From: Bacteroidales bacterium
GTDB lineage: Bacteria; Bacteroidota; Bacteroidia; Bacteroidales; Lentimicrobiaceae
Direction: 5' to 3'
DNA length: 64,000 bases
Assembly: GCA_038325075.1 (NCBI GenBank)
Contig: JBBQIQ010000004.1
Coordinates: 260-64,259, forward strand
Each line of letters starts with the position of its first letter. Position 1 is the first letter of the stretch. A program made the position numbers and the translations under genes. Below the pieces are notes generated by a model. That model had not been told where the DNA came from. It did not search any database and saw only the letters and a list, made by a program, of their open reading frames with translations. Below are positions 37,384-47,386 of this stretch, one piece after another.

Positions 37384-40300
37384 TTAGAAATTAACATTTA
37401 CACCAAAATTGTAGGTAGCCGACATCGGATATACATTCAGGTCGATGCCTTGTGAAGTTGCTGTGCTGTTGGCAATTTCCGGGGTAAAGCCATTGTATTT
37501 GAAGAAGTTAAAAGGGTTGGATGCATTCACATAAAAGCGAACGCTTTTTACACCAATCATGGTTACAACTTTAACCGGGATGGTATATCCAACCTGGAGA
37601 TTTCTGATCTTAAAGAAAGCGCCATCTTCAATATACCATGAATTTGGATACATATTCTCCCCAGTCAGGTCTGCTGAAGGATAGTCGTTGGATGTTCCTT
37701 CGCCATTCCAGCGGTTTTCGTAGAAATCAAGATCGTAATTTTCGTTACCGAGACGCTGCGCACGTTTGGCATTGTAAATTTTGTTGCCACCCTGGGCATA
37801 AAGGTCAATGCTAAAATCAACCCCCTTATACTCAATGGTGGTATTGAATCCGATCATGTAGGTAGGCAACGCACTTCCAAGGAATACCCTGTCTTTGGCA
37901 TCAATGATTCCATTGCCGTCAACATCTTCGAATTTGAAGTCGCCTGGTTTGGCGCCTGGTTGAATAGGTGCTCCTTCAAATGCATAATTGTCAATTTCAT
38001 CCTGGTTCTGGAAAATACCAATCACATTGCGTCCATAATAAGTGCCGATGGGTTGACCTACAACCGTATAAGTTGAAAAGAAACCACCAACCGGTAAATT
38101 ACCGCCATAAAGTCCGAGGGTACCATCAATCAGTTCCTTGACTTCATTCTTGTTATAAGTATAATTTGTACTTACCGAATATTTCAGGTCGCCGACTTCG
38201 TTGGCCCAGCCAAGTGTAATTTCTATCCCCTGATTGAGAAAATCGCCGTTATTCTGAAGGTAACTCCCTGAAGTACCGGCAGTGGCCGAGAGTGTAGTCG
38301 GGAAAATACCGTCAATTGTTGTACGGTGATAGTAATCAATTTCGAAGGAGAGTTTGTTGTCAACGGCCAGCCCCTCAAAAGCAAAGTCATATTCACTTAC
38401 TTTTTCCCATTTAAGGGTTGGAGGAACAGCACTGGTTAAATTGGCTCCTTCGGCAATTACTATGTTTCCTCCTTCGCCGAATGCGGTGGATAATGTGCCA
38501 CCCTTGGCAATGGTTAATGTGTAAATATTGGCAGGAATCCGGTTGTTACCCGTGATACCATAGCTTGCCCTGAATTTGAGGAAATTAAATACATTCTGAT
38601 CTTTCATAAAATCCTCATTCGATATAACCCATCCCAAACCAACAGACGGGAAAATATCGTACCGCTGATCTTTTGGGAAAACAGAACTACCGTCGTACCG
38701 TAATGTACCTGTAAACAGGTACTTGTCCATATAATTATAGGTAGCTCTGCCAAAGTACGACAGAGAAGTGACTTTTGATCCGCCGTCGCTGATGTTTGAA
38801 GTTGTTTGATCGCCCAACCCAAGATAAAGCGATTGCTCACCAAAATTTTCAACCCCCTGTCGGCTGCCATTCATCCCCAGGTATTTATAATCCTGTGCTG
38901 AAATGCCTGCCATAGCCGTAACTTTGTGTTTGCCAAAGGCCTTATCATAAGTAAGCGTATTGTCGAAATAGCCGTCAACAGAATAGTTCATCGAGCGGCT
39001 TAGGGTACGCAATGTATCAAACTGGGTTGTTGAAACAAAATATTCAGGGGTGTAGCTTCTGTTGCGGTTGAAGGCATAATCCATACCATAGGATGACTTT
39101 AACTTGAGATCTTTCAGAATCTTAAGTTCAGCATAGGCGCTACCGATAAATCTGATGCCATTGGAACGGCTGTTAAAATAATTGAGCTGAGCGGCGGGAT
39201 TGGCAAAATTACCAAGACCCAGCGGACTATAGGTTGTATCATTGATCATTGCCGGGAAAACCGGGGGTGCGATAAACGCGTTGTGAAAAACGCCGGGTAC
39301 ATCCTTGAATTTATAGCTTGAAAGATTGGCGGAATAACCTACTTTCAGACTTTTCATAACTTCTGATTCAAGCGATGACCGAAGGTTTATACGATCATAA
39401 TCATGGCCCTTCACCAAACCTTCCTGCTGATACCACGCGGCACCAAAAGTGTATAAACTTTTCGGCGAGCCCCCCATCACGCTGATGTCGTGACTTTGCG
39501 TAAATGCTTGTGAGCGAAGTACTTCGTCATACCAGTCGGTAGCATCGGGATAGTCATCAGGATTTACAGGCACAAATGTTTCACCGTTACCTGAAGCCTG
39601 TGCCTGATAAAGGTTCTTCTCGTTTATCAGATCAATATATTGTTTGCCCTTTGTCAGCTCGAACTTATTGACTGCTTTCTGGAAACCGGCATACCCGGAG
39701 TAGGAGATTTTAGCTTCGCGACTCTGGCTCCTCTTGGTGGTAACCAGAATAACGCCGTTGGCGGCCCTGACTCCGTATATAGCTGATGATGAGGCATCTT
39801 TCAGAAATGTAATGCTCTCAATATCATTGGTTCCCAAATAGCTGATGTCGTTGGTTAAAACGCCATCAACCACATAAAGGGGCGATGAATTTGACGATAC
39901 GGTGCCGAGGCCGCGGATACGGATAACCGGTGAACTGCCGGGCGACCCGCTGTTGGTTACCTGTACGCCGGCAACTTTTCCCTGAAGAGCCTGGGCCGGA
40001 TTTGATACAGCCTGGTAGGAAAGTTCTTCGGCCTTTATGGTTTTAATTGAGCCAGTCAGGTCAAGTCGTTTGGCAGAGCCATAGCCCACCACGACCACTT
40101 CGTCGAGCATACTGGCCGATGGAGCCAGGGCAACATTGAGGGTTGTGCGGCCCTGAATTGCAATTTCCTGCGAATTCATCCCGATAAAGCTGAAAAGCAG
40201 CGTAGCCGTAGATGGGGCATCAAGGGTAAATTTGCCATCAAGGTCAGTGGCAGCACCTGTGGTTGTTCCTTTAACAACAACAGTTACACCCGGAAGTGTT

Positions 40301-40413
40301 TCGCCGGTATCAAAGTTGGTTACTGTACCGGTAACCTTCACCTGTTGGGCCATCGCCAAAGGCAAAAGGCCAATGGTAAACAGCAGAATGAGTAGATGTT
40401 TTACTTTTTTCAT
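37384..40413 (-). CDS. susC: SusC/RagA TonB-dependent transporter
   Basis: CarboxypepD-like N-terminus, LDEVVVVGYG, KDASSSAIYGVRAANGVILVTTK, terminal F. Confidence 0.96.
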   Translation of the reverse strand: MKKVKHLLILLFTIGLLPLAMAQQVKVTGTVTNFDTGETLPGVTVVVKGTTTGAATDLDGKFTLDAPSTATLLFSFIGMNSQEIAIQGRTTLNVALAPSASMLDEVVVVGYGSAKRLDLTGSIKTIKAEELSYQAVSNPAQALQGKVAGVQVTNSGSPGSSPVIRIRGLGTVSSNSSPLYVVDGVLTNDISYLGTNDIESITFLKDASSSAIYGVRAANGVILVTTKRSQSREAKISYSGYAGFQKAVNKFELTKGKQYIDLINEKNLYQAQASGNGETFVPVNPDDYPDATDWYDEVLRSQAFTQSHDISVMGGSPKSLYTFGAAWYQQEGLVKGHDYDRINLRSSLESEVMKSLKVGYSANLSSYKFKDVPGVFHNAFIAPPVFPAMINDTTYSPLGLGNFANPAAQLNYFNSRSNGIRFIGSAYAELKILKDLKLKSSYGMDYAFNRNRSYTPEYFVSTTQFDTLRTLSRSMNYSVDGYFDNTLTYDKAFGKHKVTAMAGISAQDYKYLGMNGSRQGVENFGEQSLYLGLGDQTTSNISDGGSKVTSLSYFGRATYNYMDKYLFTGTLRYDGSSVFPKDQRYDIFPSVGLGWVISNEDFMKDQNVFNFLKFRASYGITGNNRIPANIYTLTIAKGGTLSTAFGEGGNIVIAEGANLTSAVPPTLKWEKVSEYDFAFEGLAVDNKLSFEIDYYHRTTIDGIFPTTLSATAGTSGSYLQNNGDFLNQGIEITLGWANEVGDLKYSVSTNYTYNKNEVKELIDGTLGLYGGNLPVGGFFSTYTVVGQPIGTYYGRNVIGIFQNQDEIDNYAFEGAPIQPGAKPGDFKFEDVDGNGIIDAKDRVFLGSALPTYMIGFNTTIEYKGVDFSIDLYAQGGNKIYNAKRAQRLGNENYDLDFYENRWNGEGTSNDYPSADLTGENMYPNSWYIEDGAFFKIRNLQVGYTIPVKVVTMIGVKSVRFYVNASNPFNFFKYNGFTPEIANSTATSQGIDLNVYPMSATYNFGVNVNF

Positions 40414-40521
40414 GTGATTGTTGGTTTGGTTGTTGGTTTGGTTGTGTTTGATGCATTGATTGTAAATTGCTTTCTTTCTTAATGGTTTGACCCAGTTATT
40501 TATCTTAAAAGGTCTTAAAAA

Positions 40522-42948
40522 TCAATTCCGGCGGTCAATCAGCAATTTCAGCGATCCGGCTTCACCAGCGAAACAGTTGAATTTAACAATATAAATACCG
40601 GGCTTCATGGTTGAAGTTTCTATGGGTATTTCTGCAGGCCCGGTAGATGTCGCCGAATATTGAAATTCGTTGATTATTCGTCCCGTAAGGTCGCACACGC
40701 TGATGTTGACAACTCCTGTAGAATTCAGGTTCAGCATAAGATTCACCGGTTCGTGACCAGCCGGGTTGGGATAAAGTTTATTTGCGCCTGTTGTTGTGTA
40801 TTCATGAACAGCATTTGCGTCGTATGTGAATCCGATGGCTTCCAGCATAGGCCCGATTTCGGGGTTGGACATGAAATTGTTCCATAAAAGTTGTGAACGT
40901 GAATTTTCGATCATGACTATGATAGGGCCCTGGTCTATTGCCAGATAGGAATCGGCCCACCAGTTTTCCCTCTGATTGAATGCATCGTAAAAGCCCATCG
41001 GGCCCCAGGTTTTGGCACCAAGTTCGCGGTAAAAGTGATTAAGTGCTCCCAGCGATTCAACTGGTGTATAAGGCATTGATGACAAGGCAGCAGTTGGGGT
41101 GATGGTTCCGTTATCGCGTCCGCTAACGGGTTCATGAACCTGATAACCAAACGGATCATCACTGGCAGTTAGCCCCCAGCAGTTTTGGCCGTAGCCTGTG
41201 TGGTTCATTGGATTCTGCATGCAATAAGCACGATGGATGAGGGTGTGGTTTCGGTTGAGGTTAAAATAATTGGTGAAACTATCTTTTTTGCTGCGTGGGT
41301 CGAAGCCAAGAAACGAATAATGGGCAAAAAACAAAGGTCCACCACGGTCCCAGCCCACATCTAAAGTGTATCCGTAAAACGATCCTCCATTGGTGTAATA
41401 GGACTTTCCTGCCCAGCCATTGTTCCAGTATGTCGCCGACACAGGATGAGTAGGAGAGGCGATGGCAAGCATATAAATAATGGCTGCTTCGTTCCATCCC
41501 CTGATCTCCATATTTATTTCCCAGCCATAGTTTGGCGACCAATGCCAGTAAAGTACTCCGGAATTATTCTTCGTGTACCAATCCCATTCAACAGTTTCCC
41601 AAAGTGTTGTAATTCTGCTGGCAATGCTTAATTCAGCTGGAGTGTTCAAATTGAAATACTGTCGGGCAGTCAGCAGCCCCTGCACCAGGAATCCGGTTTC
41701 CACCAGATCACCGCCATTGTCGTACTCACTGAAAGAAACGACCTCGCCGGTATTGCCGTTCAGCCAATGCGGCCAGACACCATGAAAACGTTCGGCAGTT
41801 TCGAGGAAGCTCAGTATCTTAATGATATGAGCAATTCCTTCATCGCGGGTTATATAACCCCGATCAATTCCGGTAAGCAAAGCCATAATGCCAAATCCGG
41901 AACCACCGGAAGTAACCACATCACCCGAAGTGTTGCGTTCACGCGCCATTCCCGATGCCGGGTGCGCAAAATCATAGAAATAGCGGAAAGTGTATTCCTG
42001 AACCATATCTAACATCTCTTCATCGCTGAATATTTGGGTTGATGCATTTGCCGGATCTGACGGAACCGATGGCTCATTGGCGGCATTCAATGCCCTGATG
42101 CGATATGTTATATTCAGGGTAGTCCCCAATGGTCTCACCCAGTCGATGTGCCGGGTCGTATTCCGGTCAACAACAGCAACTGTTTGCCAGTTATTCATAC
42201 CAACTGCAGTCCGTTGAACCTCATATCCATTCAGGTTGTTCCCGGGGTTTGGGTTCCAGTTAATCTCAACATGGCTGTCATAACCTTCCGCTACGACTCC
42301 GGTGGGCTGTGCAGCAGGCGGTGATGTGCCATCGCCTTTGAATACCCGCATGTCATCAACCAGAAGTGTATGCGTTACCCCATCATAGAGGTTTTGCGCA
42401 AAGCCAATGGTTTTGATGTTTGTGAAATCTACCGGGTCGCCGTAATCGAGGAATAACGACATTGGTATGGCGATTCTTGACCAGATGCCAGCCGTAAGAG
42501 TTGAAGGGCTCCAGGAGGCAAAAGAGTGTTTGGTTGTTTTTACATTGTCAATATCTTCCAAAAATATTTTAGGCAGATTGGCAGCATCCAAGCCTTCTAC
42601 TGAACTTAGCCAGAACCTTAGGGTATCGGTGTCGGTCAGGTTTTTTGCCGTCCAGTCCAGTCCTGCTGCAATGGCAACCCAATCACCACCGGTGACGGAT
42701 TTCCATTTCAGGCGGAGACAGTTAATGCCTTGTTGGGCAGGAAGAACACTTTCAACCGGAAACTTTCTCAGATCACTTCCTTTACGTTCAAGTTCGCTTG
42801 GTGCAGTAAGTTCCATCCAACTGAAGTCGTATAGATCGGTTGCAGGGCTATCCTGAAAGTATAGATAGGTCTGGGCAAAAGCACTACCACCCCAATTCAG
42901 GAACAAAGCCAGGATAAAACTGATTAAATGTTTCCGGTTGAAATGCAT
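40522..42948 (-). CDS. GH144 (glucoamylase-like / endo-beta-1,2-glucanase family) with N-terminal CBM-like and Fn3 domains and a T9SS CTD
   Basis: TFRYFYDFAHPASGMARER, TSGGSGFG, GDLVETGFL, LAIDQGPIIVMIEN; CTD LYPNPA. Confidence 0.85.
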   Translation of the reverse strand: MHFNRKHLISFILALFLNWGGSAFAQTYLYFQDSPATDLYDFSWMELTAPSELERKGSDLRKFPVESVLPAQQGINCLRLKWKSVTGGDWVAIAAGLDWTAKNLTDTDTLRFWLSSVEGLDAANLPKIFLEDIDNVKTTKHSFASWSPSTLTAGIWSRIAIPMSLFLDYGDPVDFTNIKTIGFAQNLYDGVTHTLLVDDMRVFKGDGTSPPAAQPTGVVAEGYDSHVEINWNPNPGNNLNGYEVQRTAVGMNNWQTVAVVDRNTTRHIDWVRPLGTTLNITYRIRALNAANEPSVPSDPANASTQIFSDEEMLDMVQEYTFRYFYDFAHPASGMARERNTSGDVVTSGGSGFGIMALLTGIDRGYITRDEGIAHIIKILSFLETAERFHGVWPHWLNGNTGEVVSFSEYDNGGDLVETGFLVQGLLTARQYFNLNTPAELSIASRITTLWETVEWDWYTKNNSGVLYWHWSPNYGWEINMEIRGWNEAAIIYMLAIASPTHPVSATYWNNGWAGKSYYTNGGSFYGYTLDVGWDRGGPLFFAHYSFLGFDPRSKKDSFTNYFNLNRNHTLIHRAYCMQNPMNHTGYGQNCWGLTASDDPFGYQVHEPVSGRDNGTITPTAALSSMPYTPVESLGALNHFYRELGAKTWGPMGFYDAFNQRENWWADSYLAIDQGPIIVMIENSRSQLLWNNFMSNPEIGPMLEAIGFTYDANAVHEYTTTGANKLYPNPAGHEPVNLMLNLNSTGVVNISVCDLTGRIINEFQYSATSTGPAEIPIETSTMKPGIYIVKFNCFAGEAGSLKLLIDRRN

Positions 42949-42984
42949 TTCAATTTATTTAATAATATAGTTTTTTACTCTCTG

Positions 42985-44379
42985 TTATTTGGCAACTTCT
43001 CTCCTTATCTGACTACCTTTTACTGCATAGAAGGCAATATACAGATAACAAAGTGCGGGAACGATGAATACCCAGGTGTAATCGAAGTTTTCAGCAACGA
43101 TGCCCATGACTATGGGAATGATGGCACCACCAAATATCAGCATGTTTATAATGCCGGAAGCCGAACTTAGTTCTCCGGAATCCAGGTCTTTTACTGCCAA
43201 TGCAAAGATATTTGGGAACATGATTGAGTTAAATAACCCAATTGAAATCACTGTCCATAATGCTATTTGGCCGGTTCCAAAACTTGTAATCAAATCGAGG
43301 GAGGCTGCTACAAGGGCAAATACAGCCAGTGTACGCGCTGGTTTGCCAGTCCCGATTTGCATAATCAGGAAGTTAACAACTGCTATTGCCAGGAAAATTC
43401 CACCTATATTCCAATCCCACCCGGAAACAAATGAACCTGATACGAGAGCGAGTAATAATACAGGAAGCGCATAGATAATTTTTTTCGACAGACTTATTCC
43501 TGAAAACATAAAAGATCCGAAGAAACGGCCTACCATGGCACCACCCCAATAAATAGCCGCATATTTAGATGCGGTTTCGTAATCGAGATTAATGCCATTA
43601 ATTTCAATCTGCTTTAAATAGCTAATCAATAGTCCAGCATTCCCAACTTCGGCTCCTACGTAAAAAAATATAGCCAAAGCACCAAGAATTACGTGAGGGT
43701 ATTTCCAGATACTTTTTTTAGCTTCTGCTATCTTCTTTTGTTCAATCTCAGGCAATGTAATTACCATCAGAACAATTGCTACAAGGACAACGATTATTGC
43801 CATAATAATAAAAGGGAACGAAACCCGTGCAGCGGCCATTAGGCCCATTTCAGCAGTAATATCGGCTGGATTCGCTGGCAGATTCAGCCCTTTATAAATT
43901 GCGATTGCAATAATCCAGGGAGCCACCATGGTTGCAATTGAATTAAGTGCCTGAGTAAGGTTGAGGCGGCTGGAAGCTGTATTATCAGGTCCAAGTGCAG
44001 CAACATATGGATTAGCTGAAACCTGAAGAAAAACAACTCCGGTTGCTAAAATAAATGTTGCAAAAAGAAATACCGGGAAAATGTGCATTTTGGCGGCAGG
44101 TAAAAAGAGTAAACTCCCCAATGCCATTAATAGTAGTCCAAAAATTACCATTCGTTTATATCCTATTTTCTTAATAAGATTCCCTGCAGGAATAGAAAAA
44201 ACCAGATATGCAATAAAGAAGGATGATGAAAGGAGCTGAGCGGCAGTTTCCGAAAGGCCAAATATTGCTTTTACGGGTGCACTAAGCGTTACAATAAAAG
44301 TAGTTGCAAAACCAAAGATAAAAAAAATAGCGCCGAAGGCTGTCATCCCTACTTTGAAGCTGTTGTCTTGTTTACTCAT
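42985..44379 (-). CDS. MFS sugar transporter (FucP/GluP family)
   Basis: FFIFGF, LQVSANPYV, SRLNLTQALNS, YVGAEV, SIMFPNIF. Confidence 0.9.
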   Translation of the reverse strand: MSKQDNSFKVGMTAFGAIFFIFGFATTFIVTLSAPVKAIFGLSETAAQLLSSSFFIAYLVFSIPAGNLIKKIGYKRMVIFGLLLMALGSLLFLPAAKMHIFPVFLFATFILATGVVFLQVSANPYVAALGPDNTASSRLNLTQALNSIATMVAPWIIAIAIYKGLNLPANPADITAEMGLMAAARVSFPFIIMAIIVVLVAIVLMVITLPEIEQKKIAEAKKSIWKYPHVILGALAIFFYVGAEVGNAGLLISYLKQIEINGINLDYETASKYAAIYWGGAMVGRFFGSFMFSGISLSKKIIYALPVLLLALVSGSFVSGWDWNIGGIFLAIAVVNFLIMQIGTGKPARTLAVFALVAASLDLITSFGTGQIALWTVISIGLFNSIMFPNIFALAVKDLDSGELSSASGIINMLIFGGAIIPIVMGIVAENFDYTWVFIVPALCYLYIAFYAVKGSQIRREVAK

Positions 44380-45401
44380 GTGATTTAGTTTTGGGTTTCT
44401 GTTTTTTTGATTTATAGTTTTGTTTTCATCCTTTGACCGACATTTTGATATCTGAATTCGGGTTGTTTATACTTAATTCTTCAGAAAATGAAGAATAATG
44501 GATTGCCCGACTCTTTGTTTAACATCTTTATCAGAAAATTCCTTTCAATTTTAAGTTTAACTTAGGAATAAATGGAAATGAACCAGGTAACTGCTATTAA
44601 AAAAAACTGTAATTTTTCGAAACCCCACAACTTCTTCGCCCTTTGATATATTAAAAAATGCATACGGCAAAATTCGCAATAAGATGTATATTAAACTTAT
44701 GGAAAGCACCAAAATAATTTAATATACACGTAATCAATGAAATAGAATCTATTTGCCAATCTGGGTTACTATTTCTGCCTGGTTTATTTTAAACACTCTG
44801 TTTGTGTAATTAATACACTAAGTAGAGAGTTGTAAAATTAAATCAAGTTTTAATCAAAAGCAATAGAGTAGTCAGGAAAAAAACTTTACTTATCCCGGCC
44901 AGAGGGGATTGCCTTTGTAAAGATAATATTTAATTTCCGGATACGGATAGGGGTATCCCGTCAGATGTTCGGCAAGAATTATTGGGAATATGAAATATTA
45001 AAAATTATCCAATATCCAAAGCACAGTAAGATAATAACTTACCGAACGATTTTAAAAAAAAATAATGTTATCCGGATAAAATTGAAAAATAGCTTTCACC
45101 CATTCCGATCACATACGTACGGGATCGGGACACTAATACACCAAGTTATAATAAATGAGAAAAATAACCAGGTGATTCCTGGTGACTTTTCCGAAAAGGT
45201 CGGAACAGGTCGTGCTTTTTCCGATAAACCGGAATAGGGTGTGTCAAAAAATATAAAGTTAGGTCCGCGTTTTCACTAATTGCCATAATCCACTATTATT
45301 AACATTCCAAAGTATATCTATTATTTTCCCAGTACTCTAATGAAAAAAAAGTAAAAGTGAACTATCTAAAGCCGGGTTTAGAAATGTAAAACGAACAATG
45401 G

Positions 45402-47192
45402 TCAATCAACTGCCACTGAAATTTTCCTTAATCCCGAAAGGCTGGCATTGTCGTAGATTTTTCCGATTGGGTAAATGGCCAGTCGGTTATCCCAGTATGG
45501 TGTCTTGCTGTAAAACCAGTTCAGTATTTTTTCCTGATCCGTGCTGAAATTCTTATCACTGCTCATTTTCATCTCAAATTCCTTTTTCAGTTCAGGATCT
45601 TTTACCAGCATTTCCCTTGCCATTGATTCCATAACATAGGATTCACTATACTCCTTCTGTTCAAAAACCTGGTTAAAAAATCCCCACTCCACAAAAGACC
45701 CCGGGGAAGCCGGTTCAAGCGCGGCAGCAATCACCCTGGCGGTTCTTTGATCCATTGGTATAATAAAAGACCCTTTAGCAAATTCACGGATTTCTTCAAT
45801 TTCATCGTATTCGGTATTAACCATCTGGCGGCCTTCATAGGGTGTCTTCCTGAACTCGAAATCACGGAATTTGTATGATTTGACTTTAATTTTTGATGCT
45901 TCGGTGAGGCGATTGATTCTAACGCCGTGAAGCCTGAGTCTTTCAGCGATCAAAGACCATTCGGCAGGAATTATGTAAGCCGCCGGAAGCAAAGTTTCAA
46001 CAGCAGCGTAAGTTTTATTAAAGAATGGCAGGGTCATAGTAACTGGTTTTGTATTGTCATAGATAAACCAATCACCCCCGGTAAGATCGCTCTTAACTGC
46101 CTTGTAATCAAACCCTTCAAACTGAACCATGGTGCTGTCTTTTGTGCTTGATTTTACCAGGACCGGATATTTCTGAGACCTGAAACCCGGTGCTGCCGTA
46201 GAAACATCGGCCATATTGATCAGCGTCTTTAAAGTTGCAGCCTGATGGTTAAGGATAGAAAGGGTGTGCTCAATCATTTTACGGGTTGCTTCTACCCTTG
46301 TTTTATAATCTTTAAGCATGTGCGTTTCGATGAGCAACGCAGGGCGGTTTTGAAAAGCCGCATACCCCTGCGATAACATAGGAGGTGAAGCACCGGTGCG
46401 CAGCCCACTCCTCGGGTCGTGCCATTTGCGGAACATCACATAAGGAAAAACCGGGAATCCGGATTCCTTCATTTTGCTGCTGACCCTGGGTTCGTATATA
46501 TTATTGAGCCAACGGGTGAGACCAGAGTCAAGGGTTCCGAATGTTTCAATGCCATAGGTGAGGGCATACTGATAGTCGGCGCCGTCTGTGGTGTGTGTGT
46601 CGATGAAGAAATCAGGCAGCCAGTTGTTGAACATCTTTAACCATTGCTGCATTTCAGGGGTATCAGCTTTCAGGAAATCACGGTTCAGATTCAGATTCTG
46701 TGAATTGGTGCGCCAGCCCATTTCCTCAGGTCCGTTCTGGTTAATTCTGTTGTTCGGGCCAAATCGTTCATGGCCGTCAACATTAAAGATCGGAATGAAC
46801 AGAATACTCACATTTTCAAGGAGCTCTTTTTGCTTTTTGCTGATAAGCAGGTCACGGAGGAGCATCAGCATTGCATCTTTCCCGTCAGGTTCGCCGGAGT
46901 GTATACAAGCTTCAACCAATACAATGATTCTTCCTTTTGCCCTGATTGATTGGGGGTCGGTCAATCCATCACGATCTATGATCATCATTGGAATTTCTCT
47001 TCCCTGGGGGCTTAAGCCAATGTTTTTTATCGAAGCCAATGGTGAGGCTTCACTCAGTTTATAACAATATGCTATGGTCTCATAGTAACCTGGTGTTTTC
47101 AAACCACCGGAAGATTCAAAATATGTTTTCCAATCCTGAGCAGATAAAGAACTGGTAATCAAAATAAAAACGGAAAAAAATAAAGTTCTCAT
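45402..47192 (-). CDS. M14 family zinc carboxypeptidase, exported
   Basis: IHSGEPDG, NVDGHE, NLNRDF, DTHTTDG; likely start MRTLFF. Confidence 0.9.
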   Translation of the reverse strand: MRTLFFSVFILITSSLSAQDWKTYFESSGGLKTPGYYETIAYCYKLSEASPLASIKNIGLSPQGREIPMMIIDRDGLTDPQSIRAKGRIIVLVEACIHSGEPDGKDAMLMLLRDLLISKKQKELLENVSILFIPIFNVDGHERFGPNNRINQNGPEEMGWRTNSQNLNLNRDFLKADTPEMQQWLKMFNNWLPDFFIDTHTTDGADYQYALTYGIETFGTLDSGLTRWLNNIYEPRVSSKMKESGFPVFPYVMFRKWHDPRSGLRTGASPPMLSQGYAAFQNRPALLIETHMLKDYKTRVEATRKMIEHTLSILNHQAATLKTLINMADVSTAAPGFRSQKYPVLVKSSTKDSTMVQFEGFDYKAVKSDLTGGDWFIYDNTKPVTMTLPFFNKTYAAVETLLPAAYIIPAEWSLIAERLRLHGVRINRLTEASKIKVKSYKFRDFEFRKTPYEGRQMVNTEYDEIEEIREFAKGSFIIPMDQRTARVIAAALEPASPGSFVEWGFFNQVFEQKEYSESYVMESMAREMLVKDPELKKEFEMKMSSDKNFSTDQEKILNWFYSKTPYWDNRLAIYPIGKIYDNASLSGLRKISVAVD

Positions 47193-47386
47193 GATTATAA
47201 TTTTAGAGATCACTGTATTTGGCAAAAATAGCAAAAGCTTTTTAGCGGAAAATTTTAAAATTGCTTCATGTCGCCACAGGTAACCGGGCTGTTTTGTGTC
47301 GTAACTAAACTACTTCATGAAATATTTGTTTGAGTAGATGGTACAGAAAAGTAAATACCTTTGCCCACTTATTGCTGAATACAACT

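Noticed and set aside
44380-45400. 1-kb AT-rich intergenic region with ORF 44965-45237 and short palindromes as an IS remnant
   Set aside because: No transposase motif or paired terminal repeats identified.
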